Assembly (NCBI GenBank): GCA_946965045.2 | Contig: OX337242.1 | Span: forward strand, 248,001-312,000 | DNA length: 64,000 nucleotides | Reading direction: 5' to 3' | From: Epithemia pelagica | Lineage: Eukaryota > Protista > Bacillariophyta | In this document: piece by piece, positions 46,733 to 57,840 of the stretch | How the letters are laid out: the number at the start of each line of letters is the position of its first letter | Position numbering within the stretch: position 1 is the first letter of the stretch | Program-made: the position numbers and the translations under genes | Notes under the pieces: generated by a model | The model's database searches: none | Seen by the model: only the letters and a program-made list of their open reading frames with translations | Told to the model about the DNA's origin: nothing

Positions 46733-47176
46733 GGGGTGTGGGGTAAACCTGATATTCTCAGACCCATTATCGACCAAGTTTGTAGACCAAAATAACATTA
46801 CTCATATGAGTAGAATCGATGATGTTAACTACATTATGCACTTGAAGCTCTTTGTAGAGGGATTATTGTGATAATTTCTCTGTACCGATAGGTTGTTGAA
46901 ACCGACCTGGGTCGTTTTTGGGTATGACAGCTTTTTCCTGATCAGACCGGGTCAGACCCGGTCTGATCAGGAAAAAGCTGTCATACCCAAAAACGACCCA
47001 GGTCGGTTTCAACAACCTATCGGTACAGAGAAATTACCACAATAATCCCTCTATAAAGAGCTTCAAGAGCATAGTTAACATCATCGATTCTAGACGAGTA
47101 CCTCATATGATTTTGGTCATAGTAAGCATTTGGTCGATAATGGGGGTCTTAGAATATCAGGTTTACCCCACACTCC
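46733..47176. repeat. ~445-bp palindrome/foldback with 81-bp perfect inner stem and 3-nt loop
   Basis: 46872-46952 is the exact reverse complement of 46956-47036 (loop CAG); the arms continue imperfectly to GGGGTGTGGGGTAAACCTG / CAGGTTTACCCCACACTCC. Confidence 0.93.
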
Positions 47177-47439
47177 AGCCTAACTGCTCTTGCTGGTCAG
47201 CCCGTTGTGTCGGTTGGCAGCAAGTTTTCGTCATCATTAGACTCGTTGATCCCCAAAAATCCAATTTTGCACACGAAAAAGCTACACAAGGAGAGCCGAA
47301 ATGGAGGGTGCGAGTAAACTATCCTATTCGAACGAGACGGAATGATCGTCATAAAAAACATCATCAACAACAGCAACCACTGCATCCACAATAGGATCCA
47401 TCCCCACCAGACAGATCCCCACCAGACAGAATTCAGAAC

Positions 47440-48593
47440 ATGGACAAAAACCATGATGCATCACCACCCGCCTCTCCTGATGTGCATGTAAAGGAAACTT
47501 CCACGACGAATTTGGAAGCAGCGGCCGTTGATCAATTGATGCAAACCATCAAGTCTTCCGCTGAAGCCCGACGATTGTTGAGTCAATTGCGACAACAACA
47601 ACAACAAGACGACAGCAACAACAACCAGAGACAGTCGCCGAGTACGCCCTCCAACGCATCCCCCAAACAAGAGTCTACGACCTTGATGGGGTTGGAACGA
47701 TCCATGCGAGCCTTGGTGGAAGCACGACGAGAAATTGGCAAGATTCAAGGATCATAGAGCATTTCGCCACAAAAAACCACCACGGCAGTCGTGGACCACA
47801 AGCAACCACAAGGCATTGTGGTGGTAGACGATGATGATGATGGCGAGGTTCTCCCCATTATTCCGCATCCACAGTCTCCGGAAGCAGCCGTGCTCCGCCA
47901 AAAACAATTGGATTCTGCCAAGAAAATGCAGGAACGTGAAAAGCAGAACCGCAACAACAACCACAAGTCTAAACCGGACCATGGTCAGGACAAGACGAAC
48001 CATCCCGATGACATTTCAGAAATGGGACAGTCCTCCTCTGCCTCCGTGCAGTCGTACGTGGATAGGTACATGCCAGTACGAAAGAACAAGACGCCCGTCT
48101 GGGATCACCAGTTGTTTCATGCCATGGAGAATTGGCTCTTGTGCTGTGAGCCTTGTCACAGGATGGCGGCGGTCGCCGATGCCTTTGACAATACGAGTCA
48201 GTGCACTCCGGCTGAATATCTATTGGACGAAGAAGACTTGTTGTACGATTCGGAACCCGAAGACGATGATGACGAACCTGAAGACGAAGACGACGACTTC
48301 TATAATGCTGAGAAGAACGAAGAGGAGGAGATGACGACGATTCTCTCTTGCTCGCGAAATACGGCAATGCCCTGCTGAGTCTGGGAAGCTGGGGAACCAA
48401 TCAGGCCACCGCACCTACTCCTGTCGTAAAACACCAGACACGACGCGATCCAGAACCACCACGATCCTCCAAAAAGTATTCGTCGCAATTGAAATCCCAC
48501 GCACAAAAGTCCAATCCGAAAAAGAAGCGTCTCCCAAGAGTTGTCTCGTACATGAACTCTAAGGGCTACTCCGACACCCAAGCAGAATTCTAA
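47440..48593 (+). pseudogene. Degenerate tandem paralog (copy B) of 43941-45752
   Basis: Same motifs as copy A; in-frame TAG at 47755-47757 where copy A has CAG; frameshift near 48310-48330; N-terminus shorter. Confidence 0.78.
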
Positions 48594-49204
48594 ACTGGAC
48601 GGCAAGTGAGACCTGTGGTATGTACAATGTTCTTTGGTGGGATGTGGAGACTTTTTCCTGTCTCGGGATGCCTCTGGAACAAAACATATTCATGACTAGA
48701 TCTCAGTTCTAGATACTCTTGCACATGTCAGCTATCAGGGTGTATGGTATTCATAGAGGAGTAACTAGGGAGTCCGTAGAGATCGTACTCCGACTAAGTA
48801 CTGGCCGACTCCTATTTTTTCGGAACCGGCACATAGCCTCATTCGCGACTCAAACACTTTGTTATTCGCTATGATTCGCGCGTACTTCATGTGCCGCCGG
48901 ACTCTTCGGCGAACGACGACAGCTGTTTTCTTCGCAAATCGGTTAAAAGCCGCTAACTATCTCTAGCTTATCAGCTAGTTTTCCTGGTGGCTTACATCCA
49001 TATGAAGCATTGATACGGGTGGAATCAAGGACATTTAAAAAGGCTCCAATTAAGCTTGTACCTGCCGGCGCCGTTTTGTGTCTCAAAAAGCTGACACGCG
49101 TGAGATTCACTGTTATGTATCCGCCCGATGCATTGTGAAGTACTTTTCGAAGGTGAATCGTCCTCTCGATTTGGTCCATCCATCACAAACATCACAACCG
49201 GGCA

Positions 49205-51097
49205 ATGAGGAAACAAGCAACAATGCGCATGAAATCTTTCCTCACCAGAAAGACATTCGACAAGGCAAGTTCCTCTGTCGCCGTCGATGATGCTTGCCAG
49301 TTGAATGACAACCCAGACGACCCTTCAAACACGAAGCAAACGGAACCAGACCAGGAACCGACACAAAAATGGCACAGTTTCCTCCGAATTAAAAAGGGGG
49401 CAGAGGACACTGAATCCAAAGATGCCATGAACAAACCCAAATATAATGACGAAGTCCAACGTTTCATGGACAAGTTTGAAGAATCCAAACGAACCTCACC
49501 AGGGATCAAACTCAAACGAACCCTACGCACCTTGTCTGAAACGAAAATGGCCAGTTCCGCAAAGTCGTGGACAAGTCGGGGGAAGGAGAGCCTCAACATG
49601 AAGAAGAAATCAAATCCGAAACAAGACAAGTCAGCACGACTCTTTGAATCCATGAATCAGGGTCCCATGCGCAAGTTGTTTCAACGATTTCACACAAACA
49701 AGAAGCGTGGCGATCCAACCATGATGAAACCAGAAACGACGACCAATGGATTCGATCTCCCGATTGTCCAAACCAACGATACTGCCATGTTAGAGGGCCT
49801 CCAAGTGGATACTCCTCCGGTTCCAACGCTGTCTCGTACTTCATCCTCAGCATCCACGGTCAGTGCGGATGATTCTGTCGACAGTCGTGACCAGGAGTCT
49901 AAAAAGCCGACGGAACCACCAACAGATGGAACTGTCAAATCTACCTCGAGACCAGAAGAAGACAACAGGCTCGACCAACATGTGGTGGAAAACTTGAGTC
50001 ACAATCATTCAAGAGTTGAAGAGATGGTTTCCGAGACTGATTCTGACACGGATGATGATTTGGATTCAGAGTCAGAGTATTCGAGACCAAAGGACGATGA
50101 TCACAAACAACTTCGCGGAGATGCAAGCCTGGAAGAAGAAGATGATGATGATGAGCCAGCCATGAGCGACGATTCAGTTGATGAGGAGCTCCAAGAGTTG
50201 GTCACAACGTCGACTGATGATGATGATGATGATGAGGAAGAAGCCAATCCATCACCAGTTCGTCAAGAAGTTATTACTATAGAAACAGCGACATCTCAGA
50301 ATACAGATTCTGGAGCAGGGCAGGAAGCCATTTTGAGACACGAATCTAGTCTGGAAGACGAAGATTCTAGTGTGGAAAAAATGGAAGAAGGTTCACAAAT
50401 GGACCCGGACCAGGAAACCCCCGTCGAGAACGTTACGAATCCAAAAGCAAACAATGCCCAGGTGACAGAAAACAGAGAAGAAGAAGAGACTCCAAGCATG
50501 GTCCATCAATCTGGATTATCAGAACGAGTGTCCAACATTTTGGATGAAGCTGCAGATCCCGACACGGAAGAAATTCCTTCCATGGAGGAGGTCACAACCG
50601 CCTCAACATCATTCTCCACTACGGATACAACAGCTCGTGAGCCTCCTGAACTAATCAAGACAGATACAGAATACTCTATTGCAGTGCATTCCATGGGTTC
50701 CATGCCCAGCCAGCGACGACTTGTGATTGAAAATGCGCCTTCTCTCATGGCAGCACCATCCGAGGCGACGCAAGCCACAAACCATGCACGAGGAGGAGTT
50801 TTGAACAAGGTTCTCGACAGTGCCTGTGCGGGATGGGACTGTGTCAACGTCATGATGGATTCGATCGACAATATGAGCCAAGCGACACCCGTGAATCAGT
50901 TTGAATTGTCCGAGCAACTCGAAATGGGTGACTTCCAATCCATTGACTACTATGATGACGTCAAACGAAAGAAACGAGCAAAATCCAAAATGCGACAAAA
51001 AGGTACCCGCAGGCGGCCCTTCCCGAGCGCCCTTTTCCCAAAAGCGACAAAAGAACCCGCAACCTCCGATCGCCCCGGAGTTCTCTCAGAGTCATAG
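49205..51097 (+). CDS. Hypothetical acidic, disordered protein (630 aa)
   Basis: Long uninterrupted ATG ORF with D/E/S-rich composition; no domain recognised. Confidence 0.6.
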   Translation: MRKQATMRMKSFLTRKTFDKASSSVAVDDACQLNDNPDDPSNTKQTEPDQEPTQKWHSFLRIKKGAEDTESKDAMNKPKYNDEVQRFMDKFEESKRTSPGIKLKRTLRTLSETKMASSAKSWTSRGKESLNMKKKSNPKQDKSARLFESMNQGPMRKLFQRFHTNKKRGDPTMMKPETTTNGFDLPIVQTNDTAMLEGLQVDTPPVPTLSRTSSSASTVSADDSVDSRDQESKKPTEPPTDGTVKSTSRPEEDNRLDQHVVENLSHNHSRVEEMVSETDSDTDDDLDSESEYSRPKDDDHKQLRGDASLEEEDDDDEPAMSDDSVDEELQELVTTSTDDDDDDEEEANPSPVRQEVITIETATSQNTDSGAGQEAILRHESSLEDEDSSVEKMEEGSQMDPDQETPVENVTNPKANNAQVTENREEEETPSMVHQSGLSERVSNILDEAADPDTEEIPSMEEVTTASTSFSTTDTTAREPPELIKTDTEYSIAVHSMGSMPSQRRLVIENAPSLMAAPSEATQATNHARGGVLNKVLDSACAGWDCVNVMMDSIDNMSQATPVNQFELSEQLEMGDFQSIDYYDDVKRKKRAKSKMRQKGTRRRPFPSALFPKATKEPATSDRPGVLSES

Positions 51098-51338
51098 TCT
51101 TTAACATGTTGCATAGGTTGTTGTATAATAAATCCTTCTACTAGGAGTACAAGCCAGACTCATACCTTTGAATGCGACATCACACATAGCGTGTGGAAGT
51201 GATAGCGAACTATCATCTTATTAGAAAGCCTTATCGCTTCATACCAGTTCAATCTTTTTAATGATTTGAGACCATGGGCACGGGGATGTCGATCATAGAC
51301 AGAATGCAGGCTGTAGTCTTTTTGTGAGTGTGCCTCTT

Positions 51339-52016
51339 CTAGTTTGGTTGCAGCATGTTCTTCATGGTTTTCACCACCACGGGCCACGTCTTGCAAGGAA
51401 TGGCCCAATGGTAGGCCTCTTCCACCTTGTCTCTTCCAAACAGCAATATTTGACCATTGTATTCCGCACCCGCAAAGGTAGGAACTTTGGGATTATCATC
51501 GACAATGCCCGTCACATGTGGGAAAAGCTCGTGTAACGCCTGCGCTTTCCATTGATTGCCTTGTTCAAAGGGAATCTCATTCGGTTTGGCGACAACCGGA
51601 AGGTCCGGGAAACCATTTTCTTGTAGCCACCGTATCGTATTCGCAGTAACTTGTTCCGGTCGTACCGTCAAGTATCCGACAAAGAGCGACGGATTCCAAT
51701 GCAACAACTCCTGGACGCCCTCGAGGGCGCCCGGTATGAGCGGCAAATTGTCTTGTGCTTCCGGTGCTTGTCGTTGCTCCTGCATCCAGGATTGTGCCTC
51801 ATTGGTTTGCCATGCCGGATTGTGTTGCGCCAAGTGATACTTGTCAATTAATGCCAAGACGGACAAACCGTCCGGATTGCCAAACAAGCGGGCGCACCGG
51901 TCAAACCACGCCACGTTGGTGGCCGCCAAGGTTTCGTCAATGTCCAATACAAAACCGCTTTGTTGCGATGCTTTCAAGGATGCCTTGAGTTCCTCCACCG
52001 TGCAATAAGTTGCCAT
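51339..52016 (-). CDS. HAD-superfamily phosphatase, 5'(3')-deoxyribonucleotidase (NT5C)-like
   Basis: Motif I FVLDIDETLA, LPLIPGALEGV, motif II YLTVRP, motif IV IVDDNP. ATG at 52016. Confidence 0.72.
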   Translation of the reverse strand: MATYCTVEELKASLKASQQSGFVLDIDETLAATNVAWFDRCARLFGNPDGLSVLALIDKYHLAQHNPAWQTNEAQSWMQEQRQAPEAQDNLPLIPGALEGVQELLHWNPSLFVGYLTVRPEQVTANTIRWLQENGFPDLPVVAKPNEIPFEQGNQWKAQALHELFPHVTGIVDDNPKVPTFAGAEYNGQILLFGRDKVEEAYHWAIPCKTWPVVVKTMKNMLQPN

Positions 52017-52798
52017 GGTATGGTGTCTGGTATCTTTTGGTTGGAGTGTGGTGGGAATAGGAGTAGGATGTACTCCAGGTTGGAAAGTAAAGACGGCATA
52101 GTCGAGTCGACAGAGTGGTGAGTCACGAACGACGATCGATGGGCGCCCGCGTGCACTATTTGGTTCCGAATTATTTCCCGATTCCCAACCATCAGGGTGA
52201 TGGAGTTCGCTATGTGACTCATCCCGATAATAGCCCCTCAAAGGGCAATATCGAAAGACCTTCATAGTTCGAACGGTAGCTGTAAAGTTGAATTTTGAAC
52301 AAGGGCTTTTCGAATATTGCCTCTTGGAAACATAGGCCTCAGGACATCTCTAGTACATGAAATCTTTCCGCTGGATGAAGGATTCTTACACTGCTTAAAA
52401 TGCCGTTGTTCCCAAAATTGATAAGTAAAATTTCTCCTCTACAAAAATACGGACAAAACTGTACTAGCAAATCCAAATGTGGCGCGTATTGTTTATGGAA
52501 GCACACACGTCGAACAAAGATCCATAACTAATCTCCCTAACAAAAGCCTTGCGACCGCGCCGTTCCGTGCACAACCGCCATATTTCGTGGAACTCTAGAC
52601 ATTCTTTTCGGTGACCGTTGCTCCCGTCACCAAAAAGGTATATAGGCTGCACATTTTTCTCCATCCACCGGGAACCCAAAACCTCCAACTCCAACAGTTT
52701 CTAGAGTTGCTACTTCCAAGGCAGTTCCGATCCTTGTCCTGGATAACTCCAGTCTTTGAATCCATTGAAGCAAAAAGGAAAAAGAAGCGTAGGGAACC

Positions 52799-54232
52799 AT
52801 GAAATTCTTGCGATTCAAGCGAAGAAACAGTGTTGGTGCAAAGCCCAACAACAAAGAGCCTCCATCTCCCCGTGCCTCTACTACCAGTCCACGTGTGAAG
52901 AAACCACCACCCATGGTACGATCGCGAAGCTATACATCGAGTGGAGGGACGGTCGACACGAGTGATTCGTCCAACAAGTCTGATCAGTCCTCTGGGTCGC
53001 AAAAACAATCCAGTTCTACAAATGCTGTAGAGAAAAGCTACCCATTGGAGGTGTCCCTCTCCCGAAACGTCAGTGCGCCAGTGGCTCCCCAGCTGGACCT
53101 TGCCCAATTGCAATCGTATGCGAATCAAGAGGAGATGAAGCGCTCTTCCACGGAACCAGTGGGTTCGGATTCGGATGATGAAGCCAAACGAGCACCACAG
53201 GAAATTGAAGTTGTGGCCGACTTGAACTCTCCCAAGCTTCGGAATTTACAAAATACTTTGTCCCGAGAAACAACACAAGAAGAGTCCACCAACTCGCCGA
53301 CTAGGAAAGTGAATACTCCGCAAGAAGCTAGTACAGTGAATGCCACTCGTCACAAGGATAGCAATTCGAAAAAAGGTGGAGGCCCTCTGCCATTCCTTCG
53401 AAAACGCTCCAAATCGCAGAGACAAAGTTCAACCAAGAGTGCCCCGGAAGTGAACAAAGTTGTTCCTTCTTTTGCACCCAAACCAATAAGAAACCAAAGA
53501 TCAGATACTTCTCTCTTGTCAGGAGAAGCGTCTCTCCCACAAAAGACTTCTTCACAAACCTCTCTTGCATCCAAACAAACGAGCGAAAAAGCAGCTGATT
53601 CAAAGCCGGAAGACATCCCTAGCGAGATTCAAACGGTTCAAAGTCAAGAGAGAAGAACCGTGTCCGTCGCCAACGTGTTGGATACCCAATCCACTGTCGA
53701 AGCCACGCTCAATGAGGGTGACGCGACGACAAGAGATGCTTCTTCCACGGACGAGTCGCATCAAACGTTTGTCCTCCTCTCACAAGAGGCCGATGAAGAA
53801 AGCAAGTCATCCGCCGAAGACCGTGTCGTGGAGTATTTGACACCGGAAGAAGCCGAGCGACTTCAAAACGAAATCAAACGGTTGGAGGCGATTTTGCAAC
53901 TCGAGGATCTTTCCTTTACGATCGATACCATTACCGAAGAAGGCTCCCGCTCCGGCTCTGGTATGGATAGTTCCATGTACACCGTGACGAACAAACAACG
54001 AAATTTTTTGTCCACACTTCATTCCCTGTGCAACTGCGACGATGCCAACTTTTTCTCGGAAACCTCCAGTGTATCCACACCCATTAATGCCAAATTCTTT
54101 GACGACGCCCTCAATGACTTTGTACCGTCCATTTTCGGTGGGACGCATAAGGATGATCCGCCCGTTGTGGTCCAGTACGGTTCCACGGAGCAAGATGACA
54201 TTTCTGTTTTGGGCGCCTTCCAAACGAAATAA
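52799..54232 (+). CDS. Hypothetical Ser-rich disordered protein (477 aa)
   Basis: Long ATG ORF with a short coiled-coil (ERLQNEIKRLEAIL); no domain recognised. Confidence 0.6.
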   Translation: MKFLRFKRRNSVGAKPNNKEPPSPRASTTSPRVKKPPPMVRSRSYTSSGGTVDTSDSSNKSDQSSGSQKQSSSTNAVEKSYPLEVSLSRNVSAPVAPQLDLAQLQSYANQEEMKRSSTEPVGSDSDDEAKRAPQEIEVVADLNSPKLRNLQNTLSRETTQEESTNSPTRKVNTPQEASTVNATRHKDSNSKKGGGPLPFLRKRSKSQRQSSTKSAPEVNKVVPSFAPKPIRNQRSDTSLLSGEASLPQKTSSQTSLASKQTSEKAADSKPEDIPSEIQTVQSQERRTVSVANVLDTQSTVEATLNEGDATTRDASSTDESHQTFVLLSQEADEESKSSAEDRVVEYLTPEEAERLQNEIKRLEAILQLEDLSFTIDTITEEGSRSGSGMDSSMYTVTNKQRNFLSTLHSLCNCDDANFFSETSSVSTPINAKFFDDALNDFVPSIFGGTHKDDPPVVVQYGSTEQDDISVLGAFQTK

Positions 54233-54683
54233 TGTTGATTTTTTGGAAGTGCGTGTGTGAGAAAGGCCACATATTCCTTCCCTTATTCATTTGTTCTCTG
54301 ATGCAATTACAGTGGCATGTAGCCAGTGTTATGTCTTAGCTAAACCAAGTGATACATTGTTCAACTCTGTAGAAACTCACGGTAGATGGACCTAGGTACT
54401 TTTTATATCCTTAAAGAGCGTTTCTTCCTTTTCGAGTATTCTCTCAGGCGACGAATTGCGTTTAGCGTTCTGTTACTCTTCATCACATATCACATACAAT
54501 CCTACAGACGATATATGCAATCCTGGCAATGTGTGCCTCGATGTTGCATTGCATAGAACTTATGATCGTCAAAAGCAGGAACAGCCTTTTTGTCCCAGAT
54601 ATCAGCAAATCATGTAGGACAGGTCCCAATGATGTCAAAATGGGGTGGGGACTGGTCGACATGGTGAAGACCCGGGAAATACC

Positions 54684-56651
54684 CTAATCGAATGGTCGGT
54701 TTGGGCTACCGCTGGCTTTGTAGTCCATTTCACCGAAATCAACCTTCCGTGGACGAATAGAATTGTTGCGAAAGAAATCAATAATCCCATCAAGGTCAAG
54801 GTAATCCACAACGGAGTCCTCCAAGTCGAAGAAATAGTCACTCATCCGACGTAGGGAATGCAAGTCATGGTCTTTCTTCATTTCACCGTAAGGCTTGGCT
54901 TCGTCGTGTCGAAACTCTTTGAAATCACCATAGTTGTAGCCGCTCACGTAGGTACCACCCACTTTCCGCGAAAGGTCAAAGTCAATAACATAACCTTCCC
55001 CTGCACTGCCAAAAACAACGTTGCGAGGTAGCAAGTCTCCATGAATGAAGTCAATGTCGTGCATCGTTTTTATGAGTTGTAAAATATTCAACCATCCAGT
55101 GACTGACGGAATGCATGAATTGCCTTGAATGAAAGGATAGCGCAAAACTGCCGTCCCAAATGGTCCATTGTGAACTGCCCATTCCGCGTAGGGCCATCCT
55201 AATCCGCTTAGTAACTCGTCTGGTGGTGGTTGTCTTCGGTCTGTTTCCTCGATTGCAAATTGCGGCGCCATGTGAGCACTGTACTGACGCAAATGGTAGC
55301 AATACTCCTTGTAAACAAACTTTGATCCGCTAGCCTCTTTGATAATGGTCACGTTCTCCCCAGCATATTCCTCTACGGCTGCAACCTCGTCTTGTTTCTG
55401 CAGGGGCATTGGAATTTTGTGCTGCACACGAGCTTGTCCCCGCCAAGAATACAATTTCTCCAGGGCGTCGGACATGAATCCAAGCACTATCGCCAAGTTA
55501 TTTTTTCCGTCGCAGTCCTCAATGCTCATGCGCAGTATCCGCACAGTCCAGAATGTTTCTTCTCCCTCCTTCACATCCTCCGAAAAGGCTACCACCTCGT
55601 CTTTTTCAAGTTTCCCACCCTTGGTGGATGGAAATGCCAAATCAATTTCAATCTTGCTCTTGTCAAATGCAACAAGAAGACTTGGTCCATAATTTCCATC
55701 CCCTTTTTGAGTTGAGTCAATCGCACGGTGACGTAGCACTTCATTAAACATTTGACCTCTCGTTTCCTCACGAAGAGAGTTGGCCTGCCACTTTCCCTCC
55801 CCCACCATGAGTGTAAAAGGAGAAGTAGCAGCAGACAGCGAACTTGTGTCGATGCGGGTAGCCGACAGATCCGAATGCGTTGATCCAACCCCGAGACATG
55901 CCTGGTGCAACACACAGTATCCATCCCGAAGAACTGAGTTCATTGCGTTTGCCATGGCACCTGTAAAAAACCTCTCGTTTCGACCCATATCTTTCAGTAC
56001 CTTTCCAGCAGCCATTCGATTCCGAGCGTGTAGAACATACTGGGCCGCCGCGTAAAAGCGATCGTCAAGCACTTTATTCTCATGATCTTGGATAGTCTTT
56101 TCCAATACTTCCAATAGCGCTACAGCGATAGGCGTACTTGTGCACTGCATGTACCCATTGCTTTCGTCAGACGCATGCCTCAATCCTTCGAGTATGCCAT
56201 CCTCCGACGAAGGAGACTTTCGCGGCTGCACCAACTTTGGCGCGGCTTTTCCAATCGAAGGAGGAGCCGTTTTGGTTCGGTCCCTTCTCGTGTGCGGAGT
56301 TCGTGGAGGTAATCCACCATGTTGACTTAGCCGTGCTTGTTGATAATGAAGGTAAGTGACCGGCGCGATCGCAATCAGAGGATGTTCAAAAGATATTCCA
56401 GCGGGTGGAGCAGAATTCGCGGGTAATGGATCCACGCCTTGTTCGACTGGCAACGTTGTTCCTTGAGGATAAATATCGAGTTCACACACTGAAATATCGT
56501 TCAGACGTGGCTTCGCTTCCTCTTTAATTTTCTTTGTCAAATCGAATACGTCTTCTATATCATCATCACGTAGTATTTTGTAAAGTTTTGGCTGCGGATC
56601 ATCCTCGCCGAGGTAAAGCTTGATCCAGACTCTTTGCTGTAAGGTTACCAT
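54684..56651 (-). CDS. Crinkler/CR-effector-like protein: Ubl-like header + PD-(D/E)xK-like domain + kinase-like domain
   Basis: N-terminal VWIKLY...DVFDLTKKIKEE...LDIYPQGT...HPLIAIAP; central HSDLSA...LMVGEGK; C-terminal VYKEY, IHGDLLPRNVVF, VIDFDLS. Confidence 0.75.
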   Translation of the reverse strand: MVTLQQRVWIKLYLGEDDPQPKLYKILRDDDIEDVFDLTKKIKEEAKPRLNDISVCELDIYPQGTTLPVEQGVDPLPANSAPPAGISFEHPLIAIAPVTYLHYQQARLSQHGGLPPRTPHTRRDRTKTAPPSIGKAAPKLVQPRKSPSSEDGILEGLRHASDESNGYMQCTSTPIAVALLEVLEKTIQDHENKVLDDRFYAAAQYVLHARNRMAAGKVLKDMGRNERFFTGAMANAMNSVLRDGYCVLHQACLGVGSTHSDLSATRIDTSSLSAATSPFTLMVGEGKWQANSLREETRGQMFNEVLRHRAIDSTQKGDGNYGPSLLVAFDKSKIEIDLAFPSTKGGKLEKDEVVAFSEDVKEGEETFWTVRILRMSIEDCDGKNNLAIVLGFMSDALEKLYSWRGQARVQHKIPMPLQKQDEVAAVEEYAGENVTIIKEASGSKFVYKEYCYHLRQYSAHMAPQFAIEETDRRQPPPDELLSGLGWPYAEWAVHNGPFGTAVLRYPFIQGNSCIPSVTGWLNILQLIKTMHDIDFIHGDLLPRNVVFGSAGEGYVIDFDLSRKVGGTYVSGYNYGDFKEFRHDEAKPYGEMKKDHDLHSLRRMSDYFFDLEDSVVDYLDLDGIIDFFRNNSIRPRKVDFGEMDYKASGSPNRPFD

Positions 56652-57204
56652 GGTGGTGAACTTTACACGTCTCCAGTTGTTACAGGGGCAAAACAGAAAC
56701 GCGCGGTAGTGTAGTTCGCTTTATGTGTTTCCGTCCGTACAGGAGGAGGATGGACTTCGGAGTTCGGAGTAGTCTTGGGCTACCCGGCGTTATTATTCCG
56801 ATCTCAAATATTGCGGAGGGGAATAAAACACGCATAGACCATACCATAGCTACCGGTATAGACAATGATCGAGACACGCCAATGACTCAGGGGTGCCAAT
56901 CCAACAGAAATCTATCGGCCTGCAAATGATGACTCCTCTACAACGTTAACTTCTTTCAGTCCCCAAAATAGACAGGAGTTGTAGTGTCGATCTGCTTTGT
57001 ACCCAAACGGTTATTTTCGAATACACAACACCATGTCTATCAACGTTGAGCTACATAGTTTTAATAAGCTTTTAGAAAGTGTCGTTTTGGATGTTGTATC
57101 AAAAGAAACATGATCCAGGTTGCCCTATCATTGTTTCTTGTTCCATAAGAACGTTGCTGCACCCATGAAACTGTATTCTATGGCACGGTCGGTTGGATTT
57201 CTTG

Positions 57205-57840
57205 TTAATCGTCCGGCACATCACGTTCGTCGTCATAGTCATCCGCCTCATTGTCGTCGTCCCACCAGTTTCCATGTGGGGACCAGACGCTGATACCGCC
57301 GCCATGTGCATTGCCTTGAGCTTGCAAAAAGATTTCGGCTCCCAAGGTATTCACCGTCGGTCTCATGATTCGAGCATCCTCACTGTGATTGTTGTCGTAG
57401 CGAGACAGTGTCTCGGTGGATGTATACCGTGTAGCGTCCATCGGAGAAACCACTCGATAATTATACTCCCACTCCTGACTGCTTTCCTCCTCGCTAGGAG
57501 TCGTTGGTTCGTGTTCCCAGGGGTATGTCGTGGCATGTTCATTCCCGTACGTCGGTGTTGTGGTTGTACTTGTTGTCATCAGGGGCTGGTGCAGGGGACG
57601 CGTCCTTTCGCAAAGCGCCGCGTGCAGCGACGATGGTGAGTAGCTGTAGTAGTCCTGAGCTTCGGAACTGCTGCTCGTCCACGGCCAGTCTTCGACCCGT
57701 GCGGCCGCCGTAGTAGTCGCAGCACACGTGCCGTGAATGCGAGCCATGGGTTGGTGGTGGTTTGTTGGTAGACAGCGACGACGGCACAACGACCGGGCCA
57801 CAGAGGATCGTTGGGAAGCAGCAGTCACGAGGCACTTCAT
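57205..57840 (-). CDS. Hypothetical protein
   Basis: 211-aa ATG ORF with a protein-like C-terminal block LGAEIFLQAQGNAHGGGISVWSPHGNWW; no family recognised. Confidence 0.45.
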   Translation of the reverse strand: MKCLVTAASQRSSVARSLCRRRCLPTNHHQPMARIHGTCAATTTAAARVEDWPWTSSSSEAQDYYSYSPSSLHAALCERTRPLHQPLMTTSTTTTPTYGNEHATTYPWEHEPTTPSEEESSQEWEYNYRVVSPMDATRYTSTETLSRYDNNHSEDARIMRPTVNTLGAEIFLQAQGNAHGGGISVWSPHGNWWDDDNEADDYDDERDVPDD

